Below, in pieces: positions 52,373-64,000 of a DNA stretch of 64,000 nucleotides. The position numbers and the translations under genes are program-made. The stretch's first letter is position 1; the number at the start of each line of letters is the position of its first letter. Under the pieces are notes generated by a model. It had not been told where the DNA came from, did no database searches, and saw nothing but the letters and a program-made list of their open reading frames with translations. This DNA comes from Carcharhinus amblyrhynchos (Eukaryota). The DNA lies in contig OZ336874.1 of NCBI GenBank assembly GCA_965287045.1, positions 46,810,001-46,874,000 of the forward strand, read 5' to 3'.

Positions 52373-52626
52373 CAAAGGAAAATGATGTGATTGTCGGAGA
52401 CCAATCACTTCAGCCCCAGGACATTGTTGTAGGTGTTCTTCAGGGTAGTGTCCCAGGCCCAAGCATCTTCAACATAAGGGGATGTTTGTTCACTGATGAT
52501 TGGACAGTGTTCTGTATCATTCCCAACTCCTCAGACACTGAAGAAACTTGTGGCCACATGCAGCAAAACATAAACAAAATTCAGGCTTGAGCTGATAAAT
52601 GGCAATGACATTTGTGCCAACAGCTC

Positions 52627-53220
52627 TGTGGTAACTAACCCAAATGGTCGTTACTCATTTCTGAGTTAAATAGTGTGGTGAGAAATTTATACTGTTGTCT
52701 ACATGAGGCATGAAGTTGTCATGGTTGCCGTGGGAGCCTGTGCTATTTGAATGCAGCTAGCAAGCTGAGGGCTCTGTTTGGAAATCCACTGCGGTTCACT
52801 TTGTGCAAGAGGCTGGGGAATTGGTTGGTTTTTAAGATCGGCCAACTGCTTAGTCAGATAGAGAATAGGAGAGATGATCCTGTGGTGGCAGACTAAGCCA
52901 ACAATGGACAAAGCACTTTTGTGGAGCCAGAAGAAACATTGCTGTCTCCACAACAATAAAAGAGAAAAAGGTTTGAGCACTTTTTATGGAGCTGCCACCA
53001 ATGTTAATCATATATTAACCGTGTTTAATTATCTGCAGTTGGTGAGCATTAACTGTTGATTCACTTTGATACAATTAGAAACAGATTAAGATTGTGATTA
53101 TTGAGTTGGGAGGTGCGTTCTTGTAATGTGTAGCTTATTAAATAAATATAAAAATGTAAAGGTTGACTCTAGATCTATCCTCCACAATTGGCATTCTGGA
53201 ATTGAGCATGGTAGCAGAGA
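52627..53220 (+). mobile_element. LTR plus tRNA-iMet PBS, same lineage as the intron-2 copia element
   Basis: TG...CA ending at 53208, followed by TGGTAGCAGAG at 53209. Its U5 resembles 31472-31529. Confidence 0.7.
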
Positions 53221-53514
53221 ATCGCTTACTCCAGCTACTTTACATAGAATTACAATTCTATTTAGTGATCTCAAGGTGTTGTCCTTACCAAACCTAAAGA
53301 AACTATGCCTTTATATTCCTTAATCCTTACGATTTAGGTAAAATTTGGACCAATCTTCTCCACAAATTAACAAATGCAAGCTCCTACATTACACAGATAA
53401 TAGTGTATACAACCAAAACATTCCTCTTTCTGAAGTATCATTTTGAGGAACCTTCCTCTCCACTTTGGCTGGTTCATCACGTAGTGATATCTCCAGTCAC
53501 ACCTAGGATCATTG

Positions 53515-54370
53515 AATTATAGAATCGTTACAGCGCAGAAAGAGGCCATTTGGCCATTTATGTTCCTTGCAAGAGCAACTCTGCTAGTCCCAGATCCTCA
53601 CCTTTCCTTCGTTCCTGCTAATTTTTTGCCTGCAGTTAATCATTCAATTTCCTTCTGACTGAATCTGCTTCTACCCCACCCCAAATCCTAACCACATGCT
53701 GCATAAAAATGTCTTTCCTCAAGTTGCCTTTGGTTTTTTTCCTAGTTAATTTACATTGGTGACCATTGGCTGTCAACATTTCCATCAATGGGAATAGTTT
53801 CTCTCTGTCTTCTCTGTCCAGACTCATGATTTTAAACACCTCTACCAAATCTCTGCTCAACCTTCTCTATTCTAAGAGGAGCAACACTAGCTTATTCATT
53901 TTATCCAAATAACTGAAGCCCCTGAAACCTGGAATTGTTATTATAAGGGTACAGTCCTTATATGGTACCATACTCCATAGTATAGTATAGTACCTCCCAC
54001 ACAGTGATCTATGAGTTCACATGACCTATACGTAGGGGTCAGTCTAGTGTTAGGCAGAGCTGTGTGCACAAGCAAGCATGAAGCCAGCTCCGACCTTGAA
54101 CTCTTTACTGTAGATATATACATAGCTCTTATAGTTAATAAATTCATACAGTTAACCTACTTAAGACAATGAAGACTTTATTAAGTTCTATCAACTGATA
54201 GCCAACACCCTACAGAAGAAAATATTTTTGTGAATCTTTTCTGCAACCTCTCCGATGCATTCAAATCCTTCCTGTAGTTTTGTGCCAGAATTGGATACAG
54301 TACGCCAGTTGAGGTTTAATCAGTGTTTTATAGAAGTTCATGATAACTTCCTTGAATTTGTACTTTGTTG
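53515..54370 (-). mobile_element. CR1 3' fragment interrupted by a probable solo LTR (53936-54214)
   Basis: RDLVEVFKIM..DREDREKLFPL and a tagaatc tail. The insert reads TGTT...ACA and contains AATAAA. Confidence 0.8.
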
Positions 54371-56060
54371 GTAGAATTTAATGCTCCTCCCAGGAGTGGA
54401 AGTGGTTTAATCAAGCAGGAAGATGTGGGATAAAGAGTCTATCGACTTCCCGACTCCCCTCAATTAATTCAAAAACAGAGAAGGTCAACATTGGCCTTGG
54501 AGTGGTGGGCTTAAGGAATGTGAGAGGAGGGGAAGGGAGGTGGGTGGAGTAGGGAGGGAAAAAGGGGGGAGTTGGGGAGGGGGCGGGGAGGAGGAGGGAG
54601 TGAAGAAGGAGGGGACAGTTGGGGAGCAGGGCTGGGGTTGGGGAGGTGTGTTTCTATATCATGTGAGGAGGCTGTCAGGTAAACCTCAGCAGCTTCGCTG
54701 GGTGCCTTCTTTCTTGATACTCTGTGGCACCAGCAGGAAACCTGAGATCTGTCTTGACTTCCTCTTGAGGTCCCAGCATCACAGATGTCAATAATCTTCA
54801 GCCAATTTGATTTACTCCATGAGATATCAAGAAACACCTGAAGGCATTGGATACTATACTGCAAAGGCAATAGGTCCTGAAACAACAACCTGGCAATAAA
54901 CTTGTGCCCCACAGCTATTTGCTCCCCTGTTTGCATACAGTTAAACATGGGATGAGGGTAGCAATTTTGCCCCCATTTCACTCATGCAATAAAAAAGGGA
55001 TATAAAAAGGAATTTACAGAGACAAGACAACAGAGAAAATAATTATTGTTTCACTTGTGTCCAAAAGTCCATAAACAAAGTCCATTGGTTATTCCTTCAT
55101 AGAGGTCAGCAGGCTAAACTCATGCTGGTTAGTTCATTTTCCAGCAGAGTTGACTTCCATGATAAGACAGCCACGCAGAGATGAATCAATCTTGTAGGCA
55201 ATGGTACAGAAGTTCCCATGGAACCAGAGTAGTTTGGGGCCAGGCATTCAAATCAGACATTGTCCCTTTTCTGTGCTGCTGTTTGGTAGGTGGAAGGATG
55301 GCAAACTGAACTTTGCAGCTCCACACAAGCTCAGGGGCCATGCCACATGACACTGACCTCTACACTTTTGCTTTGACAACAGATATATCCCTTAATGTTC
55401 CAACCATTAAGAATTTGAAAGGAAAGTTGTAGGACTCTTTGTCCTACCAGCCTAGGAGACTACAGTTTTGTCAGCCTGATTTCTGACATGCAGATGACCT
55501 TTGTAGAGTTCTGTTTGCGTTTGATCTCTGCAGCTATGGGGGTTGTGATGGCCTTCAGAGATAATGAGGTGATACTGTCAGATTAGCTCTTAATATATGA
55601 AGATTACAGACAGGTATAGCTTTAATTTTCTTTTAAATTTTAGAAACTAGCCATGATGATATATATTTCATAAAAATAGTGTGAGTCTTAGCTTCATTAC
55701 AAAATAACATTCATGCCTCACAAAAGCTAGGCAATAAACATCACCACAAGAAAGAATCAAACTGTTGGCCTTTGACATTAAATGGCATTAACATCACTGA
55801 ATCCTTCATTTTCAATATCCTGGGAGTACTAGGAACTGGCCAAGCCTCTTTTAACAACACCTTTCTTTACTAACTAGAAGGTCAAGGGCAGCAAATGTAT
55901 GGAAACACTATCACCTGCAAGTTCCCCTCCAAAATACCCATCATCTTGACTTCAAACTGCATCACCATTACCAATTCCACCATCCCTCCGTACCCTGATA
56001 CTACAAATCTGTGTTAACTCTGTTTCCTCTCAGTTCTGCCGAAGGGTCAAAAAGACTCAT

Positions 56061-56390
56061 GGGGCGGCAAGGTAGCACAGTGGTTAGCACTGCTGCTTCA
56101 CAGCTCCAGGGTCCTGAGTTCAATTCCTGGCTTAGGTCACTGTCTGTGTGGAGTTTGCACATTCTCCTTGTATCTGTGTGGGTTTCCTCTGGGTACTTCA
56201 GTTTTCTCCCACAGTCCAAAGATGTGTGGGTTAGGTTGATTGGCCATGCTAAGAAATTGCCCCTTAGTGTCTAGGGATGCGTAGGTTAGAGGGATTATAT
56301 AAGGATATGGGGGTAGGGCCTGGGTGGGATTATGTTCAGTGCAGACTCAGTGGGCCGAAGGGCCTCTTTCTGCACTGTAGGGTTCTATGA
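56061..56390 (+). mobile_element. HE1-type V-SINE, full length, inserted into a Penelope pLTR
   Basis: Complete head, V-domain and CR1 tail. The pLTR continues on both sides (ctgccgaagggtc... / ...ttgaaatgtt...cacagatgctgtcagacctgctg). Confidence 0.9.
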
Positions 56391-56689
56391 GACTTGAAAT
56401 GTTGGCTCTACTCTATTCACAGATGCTGTCAGACCTGCTGAGATTATCCAGTATTTTTCTGCTTTTGTTTCACCATTCTTTCATTTTCACTGGATCAAAA
56501 TCTTGGATCTTGCTGTTACTAGCACTCTGAGTTGAATCCTGACCAGATGGACTGAGCAGTTCAAGAACTGCATGGCAATTAGAGATTGGTAACAAATGCT
56601 GGCCTTGCAAGCAACTTCCACATCCCATGAGGAATCAGTCAAACTTGGATGACACAAATTTCTGGTCATGTCAAAGTTGTCCATCATTC

Positions 56690-57400
56690 CTGCTGACAGA
56701 AAGGCAAACCTCACAGAACCATGCCTGAGATAAGCCAAAATTCCACACTAGTGATTCAATTTATCCAAACTTGTCTAAGCTTGTCGTATGACTGCAGTGA
56801 TCTCTCGGGTTATCGAGGCCATCAGTAAGGGACAGGAGTACAATCCAACTGTTTTAGAGGCCGTGTTCATAGTAAAGAATGGATGGAAGATGGTGACAGA
56901 AGCCATATTGCCAATTGTTTCCACCATGCTGGGTTCATATAGACTACAACTGCGTAAGATGTCAACAACGAGGAGGGGCAGAGTGAAGCCAACTGACCCG
57001 ATGACAAAAAATGTTTTGCTCACCTGCGAGAGGCTGACACAGAAATTCCAGGAGAGAGGCTGCCAAGGAAACTTGCACAGAGACGGATGATGCCACACAC
57101 TGCATCACAAACCTACGGATCTATGTTCTTCAACTGAGGGGCCAGAGAAGTCCAATACCTTGAAGAGTGCAATGTGCCCCCCTGTGTTTTCCTAGCCGAT
57201 GCTTCAAAAGCTGTTGAGATGTCTAGGATTTTGCACTGCAGCATGACAACACTGAAAACATTTGACAGCATTGGCGACATGGTGGGCTGTAACACACACA
57301 TCCAAAGACAGCATGTTAAGCAGAAAAAAATTACAGAGATTTTCCGAAGCTAACTCACAACAGTTTTCAATGCAAAGCTCCTGCTTTTTAAGAGGTCAGG
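56690..57400 (+). mobile_element. Tigger/pogo transposase remnant (DDE C-terminal part)
   Basis: IEAISKGQEYNPTVLEAVFIVKNGWKMVTEA, then after a frameshift IANCFHHAGF, and terminal KQKKIT. Confidence 0.75.
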
Positions 57401-59089
57401 CCATAGCAAGGTGTGAACAAATTGATTAAAGCCTTTTTCACTCATTTACTACTTTACTGTGTTTTCATTTGGAACTTGAATCTGTTGTTTTTGACATAGA
57501 CTGCCTTTGTAGGTGTATCAGGTTACATGTAGCCTCCTTGGCTATCTCAAAGCTCCACTTAACACAAATTTGTGGCCGCATTCCCGAGATTCGACACATC
57601 AGGATTGTATTGTACCTCACATCAAAAATTGGCTGCCAAGCTGTGCACCCACTTACAGGCCTGCATCTGATAGGTCCTAAGTATTGAAAGAATGGCTGCT
57701 ATTACCTCTTGCTATTCCTCTGCCAGTCACCCATGGGCAGTTGAATATTATTGTCTGCATGTCATCTGCTTATTTGGCCATTAAAAACATGTCAGCTGAG
57801 TCCAATGGCGACACCAATGCACTTTACAAATAGGACTAATGGATAATTGTTGCACCTAAGTTTCTACTTTCGTGAAGAAAGACTAACTCAACAATGACTG
57901 GAACTGAACCTGAGATCCTCTGGTTTGTATGATGTGCTTTCATACTGCATAGTGTACTGAACCACTAAACTATCAGAGAATCATCACAATACTATTTCAC
58001 GGGCTTGTGATGGAAGAATGCCTTGTACAAGAGGGATACATATGTGAATTTATCTCCCTTTCAATGGTCATTCACTTCTACACTCATATAGACTTATAGA
58101 AGCCCTTTAGTATAAGTAGCAATCTGTACACGTGGTATTATACAGTTTGCACAAAATCTACCGTGCTTGATTCCATATGTATAACACAGGAATGCTGCAT
58201 GATAGGTTAGTGAATACCTGCCACAGAAGAACAGCTGGTAGCTAAGAGTGAAACCAGCAATTGGTTTGAACAGACCCCTATTCATTTGTCTATATCAGAT
58301 AACAGAGTTTCCTGTACAAATGGTATATATTGCCTGTGTACACTCATGCTAAACATGTGCCAGTGTTTTTTTTAATGTACTGTGGCCCATTTATAGAACA
58401 TTACTTTCAAACTTAAAAATTCACTTTTACTGATTGAAGATAATATGTAACTTATTCTGTAACAGCACTTTCTGGACTGACTGTATAAGGTTTTTCCAGC
58501 ACAGTGGAATGAGAGAAATCAGTAGATCAAGCTGATGCAGACACATGAATATTGTAGGTCTTCAGGGAGACATGCCACAATAATTTCTTACAGATGTGCT
58601 GTTGGGTCCCTGCAAATTACTAGACTGGAGAGGAAATGCTGGCCACACCCTCTGACGCACTAGGAGCACTGTACAGTACAGCAGCACATTGTGTATATTA
58701 ACATGCAACACATTCTTTTTGCACCAGCAATTTCTGTCTTGGATCAAAATGTATTATTTTAAACGGTAACTATTGCATATTGTCTGAAATATTTACTTCA
58801 ACTAAAACTACTGAGTTCATTTTATTTTCCAGAGCTGTAGATATTATAGTCTCAACAAAACTAACTGTGTTCCTTAAGTCACTTGGAAAAATAGCTTGAT
58901 AAACTTGGAGTTTAGAACTTGATTAAATGTTTCATATTGACTGCGATAACCAAATACACTGTGGTAAGTGATCATTACCAAGTTGCTGGAGTGATGGCAA
59001 TGTTACCTGTAAAAATATCTGAAGTGTACAATGATATTCACAATGCCAGTATATCCCAAATCGTTTACCAGCCATCGAATGACATCTGG

Positions 59090-59670
59090 CATATAGCTTA
59101 AACATGGCAGCCATTTTGCATAAGCCAAGACTCACATACAGCAATAAGATGAAGGGCCAGTTAATCTGTTTTAATGGCATTGGTTTGTGATCTTACTGAC
59201 TTTTTCCGCTGGTTGGTCGGGACACAGGTACACAGCGCACTGGGAGTTTGGGGTGTCTGCACAATGGTGCCCTTGAACTCAGCAGCTGGCTTCCTGGCTT
59301 AAATAGGCTCCACCCACTCACCCTGCTGGTGAGAATCACTCCTGGATTCTTTTTTTATGTGCCATATGATTGCGTATGGGAGCTCGCCCAAACCCGATTC
59401 TCTCCTGCTTTCACGCTTGTTTGGCACTTAGAATTTTTTTGGTATGATGCCCCGGCCGAAGTGTAAGTCCTGTGTTCTTCACAAGAATGCTATAGAATCT
59501 TTTACATTCCAAACAGGTAGAAAGTATCAAAAAGCAACATGTCCAATAATTCAGCATTTTGTTAGTACTGCTCTAAATTGTCAGCAAAGATTGTATGCTC
59601 ATGTGCTGAACTGGGGCTTAACTCACAAAGGTCTAACTTGTAAGAAAGCTAGCCTGTCAATAAGCTAACA
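59090..59670 (-). mobile_element. Deu-domain SINE remnant, interrupted
   Basis: Reverse complement of Deu-like gcaaaatggctgcc and gtaaaagattctatagcatt...gaagaa. Confidence 0.45.
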
Positions 59671-59699
59671 GAAAAAAGTGCCGAGGTCACTGTTGAATG

Positions 59700-60800
59700 T
59701 TGCCTAAATAGGAATGTCCAGGACAGATATGGAGGCTGAAGATCTCTACCAGAATGTGTGGAGATCCATTGTCAGATCTGGCCCGATTGTTAAAGAAAAG
59801 GCTGCTGAAGTTTCAAAACAATAAAAAAGGAAAAATGTTGACTGTAAAGATGAATCCATTGTGTAGATACAGATAACACCTGAAGGTTGGAATCTATAGA
59901 CCTGGCCCAATCACAAGAACAGTGAGCAAAATACAAAAAAAAATTTTAAAAATAGGTAGCAGTTTCAATGCTGAACATATCCATAGGGCAGCTGGAGGAA
60001 AGTTGCAACACGTGCTGGCACCATAACATGAGATGGCTGAGCTGGAGTGAAAAGAAAGAGCAATGTTGAAGAAGAAGGAGGGCAGAGAAGAGTGATCCAA
60101 TCTGAAAAAGATTATGAATGAGATGTGTAATAAAGAAGAGCAAATTCAGACTTTAAAAGCAGAAAACGAAAATTCTCAGAATCAGATTGATGATCTAATG
60201 AGTGAATTGGAAGAATCTAAAGAGGAGTTAATGATCATGGAAAGAAAGACTCTAGAAGGAACTGAGTGTCCAGGCAAAGTTGTTTAGTATGTCTAATTAA
60301 TTTTGCAGATAACTCAAACAATTGAATTCACTGGAGTAGTTGCTCAGCTGAATGAAATGATTCATAAGCTTGAAAAATTATTTGAAATTAAAACTGCAAA
60401 CAATGTTTGCCAAAATTGTGAAATACATAGAAATGAATGTTCTGTTTTCAAAGTGTCATTGCCCAGCAAGAACATGGCGGATCTCATGGAAAAGGAAACT
60501 TCAAGTCCACTCTTGGAATGAGTGGAGTGCGCATTTCCTTCAAAAGCAATTGGACAAACCCATGGTTTCCAAACAAAGCAGGCGTTGTCAATAAAAGGAC
60601 CTTTTAGTGATAGACCAAGTGAGCCTATACAACAGATGCAACTTCAATATATGTGATACTGGTATTGATATTGGCATTAGATGTAGATGTGACCCTTAAT
60701 TTGGGACTCAAGATTTCCACAAATTAACTAAGTTTTATTCTCTAGGCTGCCTCATGAACCATTTCTTTAAAGATCTATTATCAATGGAAAAATGCTTTTT
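59700..60800 (+). mobile_element. Possible decayed LTR-retroelement internal region (coiled-coil gag plus integrase-like)
   Basis: Purine-rich, with frameshifted coiled-coil text (EQIQTLKAENENSQNQIDDL), CQNCEIH and P.EPIQQMQL. Confidence 0.35.
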
Positions 60801-60879
60801 CCTACAAGGTGTGCATGAGCTTTTGTTCTGTCCTACGTTGCGCCTTTTTTTGGGGGAGCATTTGACATGAGCTACTCTC

Positions 60880-61250
60880 TCCAATTTACATTCTAACTTG
60901 GGAATTATGAAGTGTTTGATAGAGTGGACACAGAAAAAGTGTTCCCTGTTGTGGAGAGCAGGCCATCAATATAATAGTCACCAAGAAGTCCAATTGGGAA
61001 TTCAGAAGGAACTTCTTTAACCAGGGAGTAGTAAGAGTGTGGAACTTACTACTATGGGTAGTGATTGTAATGAATAGTGTTGATGCATTTAAGGGGAAAA
61101 TAGACAAGTATTTAAGGGAGGAGGAAATAAATAGTAACAATGGCAGATTTAGATGAGCAAAGATGGGAGGATTTCCAAATAGAACAGAAACATTGGCATT
61201 GACTGGCTACGCCGAATGGCCTATTTCTGTGTTGTACATCCCATATAATT
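60880..61250 (+). mobile_element. CR1 3' end
   Basis: FRRNFFNQGVVRVWNLL...AFKGKIDKYL, and tail gccgaatggcctatttctgtg. Confidence 0.85.
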
Positions 61251-61779
61251 CCACTACCTCCCACTCCAGTCTCCAATGCCTTGTGTCCACTAAAGCCCTG
61301 AACCCATTGATCTGCAGTTCCTTTCTATCTCCCGCTCACCTTTGCCAAGCTTATTCCTTCTATAAAACCCACATCATATCCCTTCAGTTCTCTTCCCTTT
61401 CACTTCTTAGCCACTCAGCATAATCACCTTTCCTGATTGCTATACTAACTCACTGTTGTTAACGATTTATTTTTCTCGAATGTAGCTTCTCCACTCTTAA
61501 ACCATGTAATTACCCAGCTTCTCAAAACAATTGTCCTCCAACTTTTTATCACTATTTTTTCTTCTCTAAAATTTTGGAATGTGTTGCCACCTCCAATTTT
61601 ATGCCTGCCTGTTCCACGAGTGACCATTTGAACATCCTCAGTCCAACTTTGATCCTCAACATAGCAGCAAAATGCTATTTTGGCCAAATTCATGAATAAC
61701 ATTCTCTGGGAGCAATTTTACCATTTTTATTCTCAGTGCTGGAAGGATTTGAAAGTGGAAGGTTTCAGATCTGGCTTTT

Positions 61780-62680
61780 AGGCCCATTTTTAGGACCCCC
61801 CCCCCCCCCCCCACCTCCACCTGTATGCACTCTGCTTGCAAAATTTTGAGCATGTCAGATTCATGGTGCTGAAGCCGGTGGGCGGGGCTTAATGTGCCTG
61901 AAAGCCTGCAGAGGGAGGTCGTGTGCATGTGCAGGCCCTTGATGCTGCACACGCGCATTAGCAATAGCAGGGGTCTGACAAACATGATAAAGCTGTTAGG
62001 CCCCAGTTTCTGCAGGCTGCCTGAAGCAGGTCTCCACCTCTGAAATCACGGGGGTCTGCGGCCCAAGATGCCCCGTCAACCTCCCTGCTGCCCAGACCAA
62101 TTGTGGGTCCCCCTACCCCCACCAATCCCTGCAGAGTGTCAGCGGGCCTCCTCTCCCTCCCTCCTTCCCCACTGATTGCTGCAGAGTGGCAGCAGGCCCC
62201 CTCTCGCTCCCTCCCCACCACCAATCCCTGCAGAAAGGCAGCAGGCCACCTTCCCCCATTAGCCTCTCCCCGCCTTGACCCTGTCCTCACTGGCCCCATC
62301 CCACTGGTTCCTCCCCCATTAGCCCCGCCCTGGCACTGCCCAGTTAGTATTGCCCAGGTGCCAGTCTGGCACTGTCCAAGGGGTACCCCCCTTGGCCTCT
62401 GGTTCCACTGGCAAATCCAAGTCGACTGATCCCCATTCATGGGGAGCATGTCTACTCCTCACCGGCACTAACCTTTTCCAGAGAGGTCATAAAGGGAGGC
62501 TGAGCTTGGGCAATTGAGCGCCGGGCTTGGTAAGCAGGTGCAAATTATATTAACCTGCCTCTCGCTCATTTCTGGTGGGAGGCTGACTGCGCCGGATACC
62601 CGCTGCTCGTAAAATGGCACCGGTTGGGCTTCAGGCTGTATGGTCCACTTTACCACTGCCTTGTGCCCGAAAATGGGCAC
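61780..62680. mobile_element. GC-rich non-autonomous element with inverted termini
   Basis: Termini gcccatttt / aaaatgggc. Internal imperfect repeats ccccaccaatccctgcaga. Confidence 0.45.
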
Positions 62681-62689
62681 AATGTGATG

Positions 62690-63470
62690 GTAAAATCACC
62701 CCCTCTGTGTTTGCAACCATGTCGTGGTATTCCTCCTTGTCTTCCTTCTTAAGCTGCTCCAAGTCTCTACAATCATTGACGCAGTTTAACAATGCTATCA
62801 CCTCTCTTCCACTGTCCAGTTCCATTGTTCCTCCCTTACATGTTCCCATTTCTATTCCACTTTACTGCTCCACTGCAACTCTGGATGCCACAGCTGTTTC
62901 AATGTCTTCCAAATGCCTATCCAATGGTGAGTCATTGATGTTACAATTTCTTCCAAATGAACATTGAAGCCATTGTTTTTAGTTCCAACCACAAACTTGG
63001 CAGACTGCCACTGACTTCTCCCTCTCCCTGGCCAATTGCTAAGGCTGAACTTAACCATGCAATACCCTACTACACTGTTTGACCCTGAGTTGAAACTTCA
63101 AACTACATAATCTAATAGCAAGGCTGCTTATTTCCATTAGCACAACATTGTCCAACTGCACCTCTGCTGTAATGCCAGATTCCCATTTTCAAAAACCTTC
63201 CTTAATGGTCTCCTATCTTCCACCAACTTTATCCAACATGTATCTGTTTACATCCTGTTTTGCATTAGGTCCTAGTAAGTTATCTAGTCCTTGCTGATTT
63301 GCATTGATTCTTTAATTCCACAATGTATTCAAATTTAAAATTTTCACCGTCATGTTCAAATCTCCTCAGGATCTCACCCCACTACATTATGATAATCTCC
63401 TCTGTTTTTATACCTCCACCTGATTTGTCTCTCCAATTCTGGTCTTGCACAGTCTCACCTACCAGGCACA
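62690..63470 (+). mobile_element. L2-like LINE 3' RT remnant
   Basis: LFDPEL..K(A)AYFH..NI..L and IQFKIF..MFK-type decayed motifs. Confidence 0.5.
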
Positions 63471-64000
63471 GAATGTAGGAAAAAGGAACACAGACCAATT
63501 GTATTGGATTCATTCATACATTGTGCTGCTCTAAGTGTACCTGTCATTACTCCAACAACACAATGGGACAGGTTAGGTTACTTCCAATTTCTCACCTGAT
63601 TTTTCTTTTGATCAATTTATTGGGAAGCCCAGTACAGCTACACCAATGATAACCCCGCACCATGATCTTGCTTCAGGATCTGCCAATGGCTGAAAATATT
63701 GCTGGACATTCATTTCTTTTGTTCCAGAATGATTTCCGGCCTGATCTTGGTGCCTCAATTGCAGCTGCAGTCTTTAATTTTCTTCTGGCTTTTTGTTGGT
63801 TGTATTGAACAGTCAGCGAGTGTCTGCACCTCAATTTTAGCCAGCCATGAAGATGGCCCAGGAGAGGAACTATGTGGACAGCTGTTTCCTTACTGACATG
63901 GTGAATTTCAGATGGCTTGTACTTATCTAATGGATAGTGGGCCCCACAGAAGCAGATTATCCATTGCCTAGAAATTGCTTGGCACTGTCCCTAGTTTACA

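Noticed and set aside
56061-56135. tRNA-like A/B box sequences here and at 5353, 45395 and 50270
   Set aside because: These are SINE heads followed by a V-domain, not tRNA genes.

Overview
This is vertebrate genomic DNA, almost certainly from a shark or other cartilaginous fish, judged by its V-SINE/HE1-type and Deu-domain SINEs and its abundant CR1, Rex1/Babar and Penelope remnants. The only intact protein-coding gene is the 5' end of a fibrillin on the minus strand. It is most similar to FBN2, although FBN3 cannot be excluded. Five coding exons were reconstructed with canonical GT-AG sites and consistent phases: 41065-40884, 39762-39680, 21946-21848, 21474-21379 and 19432-19337. The gene continues off the left edge of the window. 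The rest is intron or intergenic DNA packed with nested, decayed transposons. The most notable extras are: (1) a heavily decayed Toll-like-receptor-like pseudogene (LRR, LRRCT, TM and TIR order) about 5-9 kb upstream of fibrillin; (2) a young Penelope-like insertion forming a near-perfect 200-bp hairpin with two hammerhead-ribozyme cores and a 13-bp TSD; (3) a fragmented Ty1/copia (GalEa-like) element with a tRNA-iMet PBS in intron 2; (4) a 48-bp inverted templated insertion inside a CR1; (5) an optimal STAT (GAS) palindrome in the fibrillin promoter. I found no convincing novel multi-gene system. All family assignments come from motif recognition by eye, not from database searches.
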